64,000 nt of DNA from Gekko japonicus (Eukaryota): assembly GCF_001447785.1 (NCBI RefSeq), contig NW_015170887.1, positions 4,417,886 through 4,481,885 on the forward strand, given 5' to 3'. Shown here one piece after another: positions 1 through 12,907 of the stretch (positions are counted from its first letter, which is position 1; each line of letters begins with the position of its first letter). The translations under genes and the position numbers were made by a program. The notes beneath the pieces are model-generated. The model had not been told where the DNA came from and did not search any database. It saw nothing but the letters and a program-made list of their open reading frames with translations.

Positions 1-1378
1 TTGCCATTGAAGAAATTGGCTTCAACCCAAGGTCTTTTAACAAAGGTTTCAGAGGTTTATCTTGGAAGCTTCTATTGGAGGAGGGAGTCTGTGTTCAATT
101 GCTGAGCCAAGGTTCCCCACTACAAGTCTAAGAAGGGAATTGGCAAAAATAAAAAGCATCCACTGTATAACATTGCTCCAATGTGTGTGCAGTGTTCAGA
201 GCTAATAACTGCAACCAGGTGTCAGCCATGTGACAGACCTGCTCTTAATGCAATTTTTTTGTACTCTTCTAATATTTTGCTGAAAGGTAGCAAAGATGCT
301 GGCCTGGTCCAAGAAGGCAATAACAGGATGTTGTCTTTTGTGATGCCAAACCAGATATGAGGGGTTACATGTTATGCAGAAGATCTCCAATGGTGGGAGA
401 GTTGTAGTTCCCAGGACATCATGAGGCTGAGCTTAATGGCGAATGTCTTCTTTGTCCCAAAGCAGGCTGGGAAGGGGTGAGTGTGTGTGTGTGTCCATTA
501 GCATACTCATAGCAGGCCCTGCACATTGCAGCTTCCAGGTGCAAGCATGGAAGCAAAGCAAGCAAACCCAAGGCACACAGCGTTTCCCAATCCCACATAC
601 ACAAATGCAGAGACATTTACAGACATGCAGGCATCAGCATAGCACAAATAATACATTCAAAGCACACTTGGCAACAAGAGGACCCAAGACTGGTTTTATT
701 TTGATTCATTTGAGCAACTTCAGTTGTCTCCTTTAAAATCTGCACATTCCCAGCTTCACTCCTCCCATTATGGGAGTCCTTTCACCACCCTCATTTCTTT
801 CTTTGTTCCCCCCATAAGATGTTATTAGTTTAACAAGAATAATTTCCATGCTCAATCCATAATGACTTTTTCAGGAAACTCTCCCAGCTTCCTCTCAGTT
901 CTTCTTTCTCCCTCTTTCTTTCATGACTGCTATAGGCCATGCACCTGAGATTAATGACAAGCACATCCAGTATCTTTCTGGGAATCACAAGTTTGGATCC
1001 TCTGGAGTGATTCTGCAAACAGAAGGTTTCCTTCCCATGGAATGGGTCTTTCTTGCCTCCAGCTGGCCACTGCACCCAAACTATTCCCCAGTCCTGCTCC
1101 CGGAGGCCCCTGTCCCTCAGAAACGGCATTTTGATGGGCATTTTGGGTTGCAGTGGAGGGTAGGGTGAGAAAGCCATGCTCTATGGCAGCAGCACTCAAT
1201 ATGCAGCTCATGGAGAGTGACTTAAACAATTACTATCAACCCAAAGAGCTACATTTACTCCCATCCCTGGCCTGAGGCCTGAGGGATGGTCACAGCTTAT
1301 CCATTCTTCCCATGGTAGCTGTTTCAAGGTGGAAACCACCTGCCAACCACAAGTTCCACAGAGCAAGGGCACATTTAG

Positions 1379-1560
1379 GTTCAAGTCCAGTAGCATCTTT
1401 GAGATCAACAAGATTTTTGGGGCATGAGCTTTCAAGAGTCAACACTCTCTACACGTAGGGAGCTTTGGCTCTAGAAAGGTTATACTTTGAAAATCTTGTT
1501 GGTCTCTAAGGTGCTACAGGACTCAAATCTAGCTGTTCAATTGCAGACCAACATGGCTAT
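1379..1560. mobile_element. Penelope-like retroelement remnant (inverted terminal segments)
   Basis: AGTCCAGTAGCATCTTTGAGATCAACAAGATTTT ... AAAATCTTGTTGGTCTCTAAGGTGCTACAGGACT inverted pair; same family as 50561-52737 and 58178-58380. Confidence 0.55.
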
Positions 1561-1781
1561 GAAACTATCTTCATGAGGCACACTGTAGAAGAGTGCTCAG
1601 AAGAGCCACATGTGGCTCTCAAGATGCAGAGTGGTTATAACTGCTCTATGGTCAGAACTCCCTTCAGCCCACAGAAATACTGTGGTGGATCCATGCCTGG
1701 GTTTTTTCTTTGTTAGCCATACCTAGGTCCCCACTTTGACACCTTCAAAGCTAGCATAGCAAAAGCATGATTACCTCTTGC

Positions 1782-2096
1782 TAGGTTTCCGGGTTTCTTA
1801 CTATTGGTGGGAGAACTCCTGCTGGCAACCCCCCTATCTGCCACCTCTGTCAGATGGTGAGAGATAAATTAATTACAAAAATAACTGAAAACCACTGCCA
1901 GTGTGACAACAAAACCTGAGTCTGGTGTCATGTAGCTCTAGAAATGGCCAGGAATCTCTGGTGATTTCTAGAGTTGTGTGACATCACTTTTGGGTTTCCC
2001 CTGGAAGTGATGTCACTTTGTTACACCAGTGGCACCCCACCCCATGTCCCCAATCCCTGACTCCAGCTGGGTACCAACTATCAGCAGGCAACCCTA
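1782..2096. mobile_element. Non-autonomous hAT-type element (TAGGGTTGCC...GGCAACCCTA family)
   Basis: Termini TAGGTTTCC / GGCAACCCTA; 8-bp TSD CCTCTTGC (1774-1781) vs CCTCATGC (2097-2104). Confidence 0.75.
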
Positions 2097-4021
2097 CCTC
2101 ATGCAGTTATCCAAGCCAACTTACAAAGGTTGTCAAAGGCAACAGCTACAACCAGTGTATGGCCCAGAAAGCCATCATGGGTAGTGCTCTGCCACTCTGA
2201 GTTGCCCAGGATTTCAACAAGGGCCAATGCATAATGACTGCTGAGCTTTAGCTGCACAGCAGTAAAGCAGAAGAGCTGATCATATTAGTCCTGAAATGAC
2301 ATAAATATATGGAAATGCTGCCACAAGGACTTGTTTGTTTTTAGGTCAAGGCACCGTAAACGCCCTAAGGTAATCGGATCCAATAAAAACATCGGCTGGC
2401 TTGACCTTTGAAGCTAACAAATTGTGCTGCAGTCTCTCCCAATTGCTCTTATTTATTCACTTCAATAGTCCTTTAAAGCTTTTTTTATTTGGAACCACCA
2501 CCACAAAGGGAAGCGCTTATGTCCTGATGAGATTCTTCCTTGTTAAAGTAGACAGTTTTAAAAGTTTAACTCTAAGCCAACATGAGGCTGCTCAAAAAGT
2601 GCTGAGCAGTTTTGAGAAAACGGTTTGTGCCTTTCAAAATGAACCAATGGTTAGATCCTAGAACCATGTCCTGTGCATCTTGGCACTATTCCACAGAGTA
2701 CCACTTGCTTTGCCCTAGCTTCTTTCTCATATTAACTGACTATATATAATTGTGTTGGCTCAGTTGCCTCTTCAGTGTGGATGTGTTACTTTCCCCCACA
2801 GAAGCAGTGCTAGGCCAGTGGAACAACGGCAGTAAACAGATGAAAAACCTGTGAAAATCGGGGGAATCAGGATGTTCATGAACCTCTTTTAGGCCTGGGA
2901 TCAGCAGCCTTTTATAACTGAAAAACCAAAGCACATCAAAATTCAGAACAGGACATTAACAAAGAGCCATTATATTAAAGCTTTACACATCCGAAAATAT
3001 ACAACTTAACATTAGTGATGATTGACATGATTAATAAACCATAAAGCTTCCACAACCCAAACACCAGTTGCTGCAAGTCCTTTCTTAGGAAGTGGTGCAC
3101 ACAAGGTCTCATAATATGCAATAACTATACAGAGGAACACCCTGCCTGAGTGCTTTAGTCCAATGGCATACATCTGAGCATCGTTCACACTTGGATTTCT
3201 GGCAACTGTTCACTTCCATCAGTTACCTTTCTGTAAAGCATATTTAAGAAGCCCTTTAGTCGTATACTGTTATTGCTCCAGTATGCTGTAACTTCAATAT
3301 TTCATTGTCTTTTGTAAGAGCCATATTTGGTTCTGTACTGCACCACATTTTGGCTCCAGAACCACAGGTGGCTGACCTGTTTTACGCCCTCCAAAATAGC
3401 ACCTTTCACAGTAAAAACTGAACCTCACAAATATACGGTATAATATTTGGTGTAATACTCCTAGGAAGTGAACTTGAAGACATAAACTTGGTATAGAGGG
3501 AAAATATAATAGAAAAGCACTGTGAGGTATGTCGATATTTTCCCCATTCCCAAATGTGAAGCAAATGCTGAGTTGTTTGCCCAGTGACCCTGAGAAAGTC
3601 ACCTCCACTTTGGATTGCTGTAAAGTGTTCTGCATGAGGTTGCCCTTGAAGGCAACTTACAAGCTTCATTTGTTCAAAATGCAGCTGCTTGCCAGCTTCT
3701 AGAGTGTCATATGCATATTTGGCTTCTTTTAAAATGTCTTCGCAGTCAAGTGGCTAAACTATGATTTAGGTAGGGCTTCCAGACACCTATTTAGTCAAAT
3801 GTGTAGTGTTAATAGTGACCTCCAAGAGGGTAGGAAAGTGCCTTATATGTACATCACTAATTATCTGTGCTAAGATGGTCATGTTGAAACAGGAATTCCT
3901 TTCTGTATTGGGATTTGGGAATATCGGGAAATAACGATATTTTTCAGGTTCAATATATCCAAGCCTGAAAAATGCCGTTGTTTGTGTTGTTGTTTTTTGC
4001 ACACCCCTAAGGGTGACTATG

Positions 4022-4372
4022 GCGGAGCTGCGGTGGCTCAAGTGGTTAAGATGCTGAACTGCAGGCTGTGGAAAGTCGGTAGTTCAGCAGTTCGAGACCC
4101 GAGTCTGCCACATGACGGAGTGAGCTCCCGTCTCTAGTTCCAGCTCCTGCCAACCTAGCAGTTCGAAAGCAAGAAATTGCAAGTAGATAAATAGGTACCA
4201 CTTCAGTGGGAAGGTAACAGCGTTCCATGCGCCTTGGTGTTTAGTCATGCCGGCCACATGACCACGGAAACGTCTTCGGACAGCGCTGGCTCTTCGGCTT
4301 GGAAATGGAGTTGAACACCGCAACCCTAGAGTCGGATTCAACTGGCTTTCGAGCAAGGGAACCTTTACCTTT
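4022..4372 (+). mobile_element. Sauria-type SINE (tRNA-derived head, ACCTTT tail)
   Basis: A box TGGCTCAAGTGG, B box GTTCGAGACC, core CCTAGCAGTTCGAAAGC...GCAAGTAGATAAATAGGTACC, tail GGGAACCTTTACCTTT; near-identical copy at 18812. Confidence 0.85.
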
Positions 4373-4714
4373 GAGAGGGGTAAGAGGATTTGGCAACCCT
4401 AAACCAGGCCCTGGCCTAGAGCTCTAAAAACAGCTTAGTTTTGTTATTCCTTATTCCAATAGCGAAGTTACCTACCATACAGTTACTGTTAATAAAGAGG
4501 CCTTCAGCAGAATGGAACTGAGTGTTTATTGTTTGTTCCACTACATACAAAAATCCTTTTAAAAAGGTTAGGCAGAGGGGAGGGATGACATAACAATTTC
4601 CCTTCAAGCAACCACCTTGAAGTTTGCCTTCACATGCTCTGTCAGATACCTATGGAGTATGGATTTTGCTGTACTATGAAATGAATAAATGCTAACATGG
4701 ACAAGAAAGACAGG

Positions 4715-5158
4715 GGCCCCAGTCACACGGGAGGTTTTGGGCCGGAAGAGGGACAGATCGGAGGCGCAGCAAATGGGCACAATCAAACTGCAACATCTGG
4801 GAAGCGGCGCGCACCCGTACCTGATCCGTCGCTACAGCCCAGTAACACGGCGCAAAAAAGAACCTAGTAAAGAGAAGGACTTACCTGAAACGCAGCAGCA
4901 AGCGCGGCCGTGGGATCGCCGGCGCGTCCGTCGTCAGGAGCATTCGAGGCTCCTGGCCAAACTGCGCATGCACACACATGCGCAGCTGGCTGCCTCGGTC
5001 TCCCATCAGTGGCTTCCTCCCCGGCATCTGATCGTGCCGGGGAGCAACTGCGCGGTGGCTCAGGGGATCTGTGTGATCCCGCCGCTGCGTGTCTCTTTTG
5101 GTGTGGTGGTAAAAAGCCGCACTTTGGCCATGCTTTTTACCGCCGTGTGGCAGGGACC
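4715..5158. other. CpG-rich segment with imperfect terminal inverted repeats (probable MITE; CpG-island alternative)
   Basis: GGCCCCAGTCACACGG vs reverse complement of CCGTGTGGCAGGGACC (13/16); central TGCGCATG...CATGCGCA palindrome; high CpG density. Confidence 0.45.
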
Positions 5159-6067
5159 GGGCTTACCTTTCTGGTTCCTGTAGAGATCCCAAAACAGTGA
5201 CTGACAGATTTTTGATGATGTTAAAAAAAGAACTCCGAAACTCCAAAGCTGCAATGATGCTTGCCAGGAATAGGACACCCGTTTGCCACTTTCATGTAGA
5301 CTAGGGCACATGTATGGGACTAATGGCCTACTTCTGCAATAATGCTTGCCTCATCTTTCCTTAAGAGATCAGGTTAATCTGCTTTTAACACATCTTTTGT
5401 CCCTTATAAGCAGAGAAGAAGATCTTTGATCAGGCTGTGTTCAGCTCATGCTAAGATAATGGAATAAGTGTGGTATGGGCCACATTTCTTTGCTGGCCTC
5501 CAGCTTCTCGTGCTTTAATATGGCAGCTTTGAAGGGCAGATTCTATGGCATCAGATCCCTTCTGAGTCACCCTCCCCAAATTCCACCCTATCCAGGCACC
5601 ACTCACCAATCTCCAGGAATTTCCATACCCAGAGTTGGCTGCCTTACCCTCGCTTCAGTGATAAATATGAGCGGGGGTGGGGAGTGTAATGGGTGAGTAA
5701 AAACAGTGACAAGTTTAATTGGAAATGAGGCTGGAGCCAATGTTGTACCAGTGGTACAGAAGGCTTTTCTTTACATCCATTCACTATCAGTGGCTGATGC
5801 TATTCCAGAAGGTTAATAGACTTCATAATGTAGGCCCAGCCCAAATCTAGCAGAGAATTCCATCCTTTCAGTCCCCAGCTGCCATTCCTGAGACCAGATG
5901 GAGAAGAGGAAGCAGCCAGGCAGCACTTCACCAGGCCTGGTTCCAGATCTAGCCGAGAGCCCTCTCCTCCTAGTAATTGATTAACAAGGCCAGAGGGAGA
6001 AATCAGATAGCCCACCCTTTTATGTCATGCCTGGATCCAGACTCATGAGAACCCCCTCCCTGGGCAC

Positions 6068-6276
6068 CAATGCTCCCTCTAAGCTGTGGAGTCTTGTGAG
6101 CAAAAATTCTACTTTGTGAGCTAATGTGGCATTAAAGCTGTGAGTGAACGATTTGGCTCCTGCATGAATCAGTTTGCTCTGGAGCCATCTCTTTTTAGGC
6201 TAAGACAAAAATGTGTGAGCTGGAGGCTAAAAAACTGTGAGCTAGCTCACAGTAACTGAGCTTAGAGGGAATACTA
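6068..6276. mobile_element. hAT MITE (CAGTGTTCCCTCTAAG family)
   Basis: TIRs CAATGCTCCCTCTAAGCT / AGCTTAGAGGGAATACTA; perfect 8-bp TSD CTGGGCAC; second copy in opposite orientation at 59981. Confidence 0.9.
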
Positions 6277-6688
6277 CTGGGCACCTTTTAATTATATTGT
6301 AGTTGATATCTGTGTTGGTTTGAAATGTGGCAATCCACTTTGGAAGCCAATGTTCTGGTGAAAACCAAGGGAGAAACACAACCAATCGGTCTGTAGAGCC
6401 TTGAGGGTGACATATTTGTGAAAGATTTCATGGGTAGATGGAGTGTATATTCGTTCTGATTTAGACACAGCAGAACAGAGGCTGTTGTCAGCCTCCACTA
6501 AATGCAGGGCTAGTCTCAGTCTGTTCTTTGTATTTTGACAGGTTGTGGCAAGAAACAGGCAACCAGATGGGCACTTGGCCCTTGTCTAGTCTGGGATGTG
6601 CTTGGATTGCTGTTTGAAGGAATTGTCAATACTTCACTGATAGAACAGGGGAGGGTTATTCACAGCTCTTCTAAAGGACTAAACCCTT

Positions 6689-6766
6689 GGTGGTGGTGGT
6701 GGTGGTAGTGGTGGTGGTGGTGGTGGCGGCAGTGGTGGTGGTAAGGAGAAAGGCAGCGGTGGTGGT
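6689..6766. repeat. (GGT)n microsatellite, imperfect
   Basis: Direct reading. Confidence 0.9.
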
Positions 6767-6896
6767 AAGGAGAAAGCACAGGGTAGCCTTCTGATGTAAG
6801 TAGTTGTAGTAGTATAAGTGCATTGATTCAGCTTCTTGGCTGAAGTGAAAAATGGAGAAGCCAGATCACTTCTTAAGCAGGTGCAAAGAAATATGT

Positions 6897-7020
6897 GAGA
6901 GCTAGCTTGGTGTAGTGGTTAAGAGCGGTGGACTCTAATCTGGAGAACTGGGTTCGATTCCTTACTCCTCCACTTGAAGCCAACTAGGTGACCTTGGGCA
7001 AGTCACAGCTTTCTCTCAGT
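6897..7020 (+). mobile_element. Squam3-like (MIR/Ther1-derived) SINE, 5' part
   Basis: GCTTGGTGTAGTGGTTAAGAGCGG...GGGTTCGATTCC tRNA-like head. Confidence 0.7.
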
Positions 7021-8096
7021 CTAAATATAAGCATAGCTCACCACCTAGTGGTGCAAAAAAGAGCTACATCTTCAGGCTACCAGACAATCCTTCGGTATCT
7101 CCTGGCTATTCTACACACAATGCCATATGATAATTTAATTTTAATCTAAAGAAATGTGTACCAAAGCATCCCATTTTGTTAGAGGGACTGTATTTTGCCC
7201 TGACATGCATGCCCTTCATTGTACAGTGACATTGCTGTAGCCATGCTGCCTGTGACTATCCCTGTATGCCTCTTCCAAGTCATAAATAGCACACTGATGC
7301 ATCACTTGGTAGCCTCTTGGCATTATTCACAGAGATTTAGACCTTACTGAACGTCACCAACATAGACCAAATTCCTCTTTGCAATGGCCCTGTTGCCTTA
7401 CTTAACTCTGAAATAAGGAGTGTTCCAGTAGAAAGGAACATCTTCTCTGGTGAGGGCTGCTTTTTAAAAAGGGAAATGGAGCCAAAGGACTGTAGAGCAA
7501 GGAGTTACCAAGGTGTGATCTATGGGTGATACATCCCTGGAGGCACTATGGGAAATCTAATATTTCCTAAAGATGTTACAAGCTACTTAACTCAAGTGGG
7601 GAGAGAAATAGAGGCAACCAAAATGGTAGGCTACATAAATTAGATTGGACTCAGTCAGATATGGCAGAACAATTTGTGTTTCTCTTCTGCAGAGGCTGTT
7701 GTCGCAGTTCCCATTTTTCATAACTGTCATCTTGCCCTTTTCTCTTAAATAAAGGGAAGACCGAGAATCAGACCAGTGTTCTGGGTGTGCACGTCCCCGG
7801 GTGCCAGTGAATATTAAAGTCTGGCTTGGATGGCGGCCAGAATAAATGCCTAAGGTAGTGTGGCTGAAGTCATGGCTGAAACTGTGTCAGAAGTTTCCAG
7901 TCACTAAGGTGTAACCAAAATGAGGTCCTTGGGAAAAAATAAAGTGTTTAGATAACTGACCTGGGGATATACCTTTTGTATTGTATTCCCAATAATGAGG
8001 CAAAATTTCCAACGTACTCTGTCATATAGCTTTTTTCCCAAGATACCCTTAGGACTTAGAGAGATCCATTTCCACCAGTAGAATAGAGGTAGGATA

Positions 8097-8561
8097 TAGA
8101 ATTGCCAATCCCCAATTGGGGGTGAGGGATCCCCCGGTTTGGAGCCCCTCCCCCACTTCAGGGCTATCAGAAAGTGGGGGGGGGGGAATGCCACTATACC
8201 CTGTGGAGACTGGTCCCCATAGGGTATAATAGAGAATACGTCCGTGGAGATTTGAGGCGGGGGGGGGGCTGGTTTTGAGGTAGAGGCACCACATTTTCAG
8301 CATAACTGCTGGTGCCTCTCCTCAACCCCCCCCCCCAGTTTCAAAAAGATTGAACCAGTTCTATGAGCCTCAAAGAAGGTGTCCCCATCCTCCATTATTT
8401 CCAATGGAAAGAAGGCATTTAAAAGCAATGTGGTCCCTTTAAGTGTGAGTGTCAGCTCACCCAGAACTCGCTTCAGAGTTCAATCATGCTTCTTCCCTCC
8501 CCTCTCCCAGAGCCTCCTAGTAAGTCCCCCAACGGCCTGTCAGCCTCACCTGGCAACCCTA
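8097..8561. mobile_element. Non-autonomous hAT-type element (TAGGGTTGCC family)
   Basis: Termini TAGAATTGCCA / TGGCAACCCTA; perfect 8-bp TSD GTAGGATA (8089-8096, 8562-8569). Confidence 0.85.
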
Positions 8562-9419
8562 GTAGGATAGAACCTTTTTTTGAGAGATACATAATTGATA
8601 ATAGCATTACCATATTTAAGGATGTTCAAAATAGTCTTAAGTCATTTTTACTTTGTTCCTCATAACTACATTACATCACTCTGTAGTAGACATCTGAAAT
8701 AAAGTATGTTGTCTCATCTTTTCCAGCATCTTACTTCTACTCCAACATCACCCACATTTTCAAGATTTGTTATCAAACAAGGTTTTGGCATGTCTTTTAT
8801 TTAAAGTGTTTTAAGAATGTCAAAAGTTGCTGAAAAATTTGCACTCAATTCTCGTAAAGAGCATCCAAAGGGAAAGGCAGTAACTGCACTAGAAACCAAA
8901 GGACAAATATTGAGGCCAACAGTAGTTTAAACCAAAAAATCTCAAGACTTTTCACATATGTTCTTCTGGGGCATGTATTCAGTAGTTATCTGGGCACATA
9001 TTGACAGAATCCAAGCCTCACTGGATTTTGTGCTATTGTCAACACTCACTTTCAGGATTTTCCTTTCTGAACAAGAAAATCCAGGAGGTGAATAATTGCA
9101 ATAATCCCATAACGAACACCATGTAGATCTAGTAATTTGCTTGAATCCAAACATGCTTTTCCATGAGCACAAGATTTCCACTCATGTATGACCTTACTCC
9201 TTCCCCATCCCATGGCAGCCCAAAATGCTCTCTGAAATTCTGTTCCTGGGGGGCGGGCAACCCCCAAGAAAGGATTGGGGGGCATTTCAGGCTCCTGTAG
9301 GAGAGTGGAGGAAGGAAAATAGTCTGGATCCAAGCCACTGTCTCCTTCTTACAAAGGATAGGGTAGATATGACTTCAAACATGGCCCTACCCAAAGCGTA
9401 ATTACATTTGGAATTCACT

Positions 9420-10841
9420 GCAGCAGGAAGTGGTGGTGGCTACAAGCATAGACAACTTCAAAAGGGGATTAGATTAACATATGGAGCACAGGTTCATCAG
9501 TGGCTATTAGCCACAATGTATAGATGGAATACTGTGTCTGGTGTAGGAAAGGGCATGAACCAGCTCACAAGCTAAAGTTTGTGATGAATTTTGGCCGGTT
9601 CATGGTTCGCAAACTGAAATTCATGGCAGGTCAACTGGCACAAACTTTCTACAAAGTTTCAAGCAGTTTGTGGCGGTTCGAGAATGGATACATTTACAGA
9701 CAGACTGTCTTTGCTCAGTCAAAATATTTACCAAACTTTAAAGCAACAGGGGGTGGAATTCTCCAGCCTTGGAAACAGCAATAGGGGCCCTCCAAAGCTT
9801 AACAGGCATTGCTGTCTGCCAATAATAGAGTTCCCATTCTGCTCTATGGGATCAGAATGTTATATATATTCTCAGCTCAGCTCTGCACCCTCTTCTCTGT
9901 TGGGTGTTGGTAGTTAGAGAGGCAGGGAACTTGCTAAAAACAGAGCACATTGATTTATTCCTGATCATGAACACCTCTCCTCTGGTGGGGTTTGGGTTTT
10001 AGGTGGACTCATGGCTCTGAGCCACCCCATCTCTCTGCTCATGCTGAGCACAGGGGCTTAGCTACTGGGTGCCTTGACTGAGGATCCACATTTATACCCT
10101 CCTACCCCTCCTGATTGTGAACAGCTCTCCCTTCATGGGGTTTGGGTTTTAGGTGGACTCGGGGCTCTGAGCCACCCCATCTCTGTGCTCATGTTGAACA
10201 GTGGGGCTTAGGTACTAGGTGCCTTGGCTGAGGACCTACATTTATTCCTTCCCACCCCTCCTGATTGTGAACACCTCTGTGTGCCATGAGGTGAAAGTGG
10301 ATGCAAAGGGTGCTCGTCATGGGGGGAAGAAGTCCTCCCTGCCTACTACAGGCATCCAAAAGGGCTATATGGAGGATCCAGGAAGCAGCCACTCTCCTCA
10401 CTGGTGAGATGATTACTGTAGATAGCCAACCCTTCTCCCTTGTGGAGGACATAGCCTTTCACTGGCTGCTGCCCCATCTCACTCCCTGGTACTACATCCC
10501 CTCTCCTGTGAGTTTGGTATCTCTAGCATGCTGGGGGGGGCATTCTACCTCATCAGAAACCTCACAAAGAATCAGTTTGTTTGGCACCTGAAAGTTTGTG
10601 GGTGCACTACAAACCAAAACAAATGGCATTTTCCCAGTTTATGCCCATCCCTAATCTGGGGCAGTGATGCTGTGTATATTTGGTGTTTGGGGAGGGGTGG
10701 CAAAAGTGGAAGGACTTCTGGAGTTCTGGCTCTGCTGGTAGACCTCCTAATGGCACCTGGGCAAAATCAGTGTTACAAAGAGTGTTGGACTGGATGGGCT
10801 ATTGGCCTGATCCAACATGACTTCTCTTGTGTTCTTATGTT
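9420..10841 (+). mobile_element. CR1 LINE 3' end, split by a hAT insertion
   Basis: 9420-9543 and 10654-10841 are colinear with the CR1 3' end at 38470-38775; TTCTTATGTT tail. Confidence 0.85.
9544..10653 (+). mobile_element. Internally deleted hAT (Ac/ZBED-like) transposon with transposase remnant
   Basis: TIRs TAGGAAAGGGCATGAAC / GTTTATGCCCATCCCTA; degenerate 8-bp TSD GTCTGGTG / ATCTGGGG; peptide GEMITVDSQPFSLVEDIAFHWLLPHLTPWYYIPS (about 10403-10504) resembles the hAT transposase N-terminal motif; internal 150-bp tandem duplication at 9960-10278. Confidence 0.85.
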
Positions 10842-12294
10842 CATAAAGGACTTTCATGTGTCTGGAGTTAGGTTGGACTGAGATGATTGGAGAAGGCCTC
10901 ATATTTTAAAATGAAATGATTGCTCTTCTTTAATTATTCCTATGGTGAAGTGAGCAGCATTTGTATATCCTGAATCCTAGGAATTACTCTCTGAACATAA
11001 GTGGGCAAAATCTAATATCAATATACATTTGGATATTTGGGAACGATTTGACTTTTTGCATACACACTTCTGGGTTCTGAACTGCCAGAACTATTTAGGG
11101 AAAAGACCTCAAGGGCCTGTAACAGATAGCTTAGTTGAAACATCTGCTTAGTACACTGAGGCAATCCAAAAGTGAAAACAAAAATGCTAAGCTATATAAA
11201 GAATAGGGTTGAAATCGCACTGAAAAGTTTTACCCATGGGGTAACTCAGTGTTGTTCCATTAATCTAAAAAAAAAGAGACCCCTCTGCCCTTTTAAATGA
11301 ACAAAATGGATTACAAGTACCTACCATTAATCACAGTTGCTGGTGGGAATAAGCCAAGGACAAAAGTCATTGGGAAAAATCTCAGAGACCTTTGGCTGGG
11401 TTCTTCCACAACTACCTGTGATTTTCTCAGAGCTGTGAGTTTTCTTCCCTTGAATTTGCTCCAACATTGAGCCTGAGCAGTAATATCTACCGTTGTTTGC
11501 TATATGCAGGGGTCATTTCGTAGAAAAAGAGGTGCAGGAGCTCATTAGCATAAATCATTAGCATAACTTATTTGCATACGCCGCACCCCCTGACCTCACC
11601 GGAAGTGTGTCAGAAGGCAACACCCACCGCTCAGGCTCCACTGGACTGTTTTGGATTGCTAGCTATTGAGAGGGGGAACGTGCAGACCTGTCCTCGCTGA
11701 GGAGGGAGAGCTTGTACCTGAATAAAACTTGGTCTTAAAGATGCCACTGGTTTGTTTTGGACCAGGAGGCCGGGGGGAACTCAGCAACTTACCTGGCTGC
11801 TTCTTGCTCTGCCTGATGGCTGCTGGGAGCAGGGGGTGGGGCTTGTTGCATGTGCCCGCCCGCCCCCTGGGCTCTTTACTGCTGGAGCTCTGCTCCTGTG
11901 TGCTCCTGCAGGAAATGACCCCTGGCTATATGTATTTCTTGACTTTCTGCCCAAAAGCTCAAGATGATTGCCAGCTGGTCTCCTATACAAGCATGGACTG
12001 TGGTTAAGGGACACCAGGTTCCCCCGCCCCATCTTTTCTCTCTCACTTGCAGCTTCCTTTCCCACCTCTTCCTTACAGCCTTGTTTGCAAGTTGCAGTGA
12101 CCACATGTTGAATCCATGCACTGTATACTTGATTGTTTTTAACATATGCTTTGATTAATTCTCACATTACATTCAATGCATGTACAATTGAATGTGTAAT
12201 CCAAACCACATATTTAACCAGGTACTAGCTAAGTAAAAATGCATTGGCTGATTCTTACAAACAAATGTTCACTGTAACATGCAAACAGGGCTAC

Positions 12295-12907
12295 TGTCGT
12301 GATCCCCTCTGACCAGTCCAGTGACTTAGAGTCTTCAGGGGAGGAGCCCAAGTAGCCAAGGCCAGTGGCTGAAGAGGACAAGCAAGAGCCTAACATGGCC
12401 AAGGTGTCTGCTGACAATGGTCCTGCAGCATCAGAGGTCCTCTTGCCATAGCCTGCAAGGGAGGCCTCAGCACTGGTCCCTAAAATAGTCACCAGACCTC
12501 TGCTGGGCAGGACACGAACCCAGGCCTATAGTTCCTCAAAGGACACTGCCATGTTGCAGGAATGGCAGTGGCAGAAGAACCAGGCTGAGGTGGCCCGAAG
12601 GAGGTGAAGTGCTTGACTGGCAGCATGCAACCCCATCCTAGAGCCGGGCAGTGAGAACAATGATTATTTGCAGGATCCTGGCCAAAACACAGCACATCTA
12701 CAGGAGCTCAACATCTGCCAGCAGAGCAGCTGAGTTTGAGTAAGTTGCAGCTTATTTGGGTTGAGGCTTGGGGAAGCTGCCTTAACTGGTTCACTAGGTG
12801 CCAGCCTGTGTGCTAGCTCTAACTGATGCTCTCAAGCCTCCCTACCTATACCTGTGGGCACTGCTTCCAAGGAGACCTGACTGGGCCTGCCTGCAGAGTG
12901 CAGGACA
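12295..12907. mobile_element. Solo LTR (Gypsy/ERV-type), 613 bp
   Basis: TGTC...GACA termini flanked by 5-bp TSD GCTAC (12290-12294, 12908-12912). Confidence 0.75.

Noticed and set aside
4689-5183. 164-aa ORF
   Set aside because: By-product of GC-rich palindromic sequence; no recognisable domain
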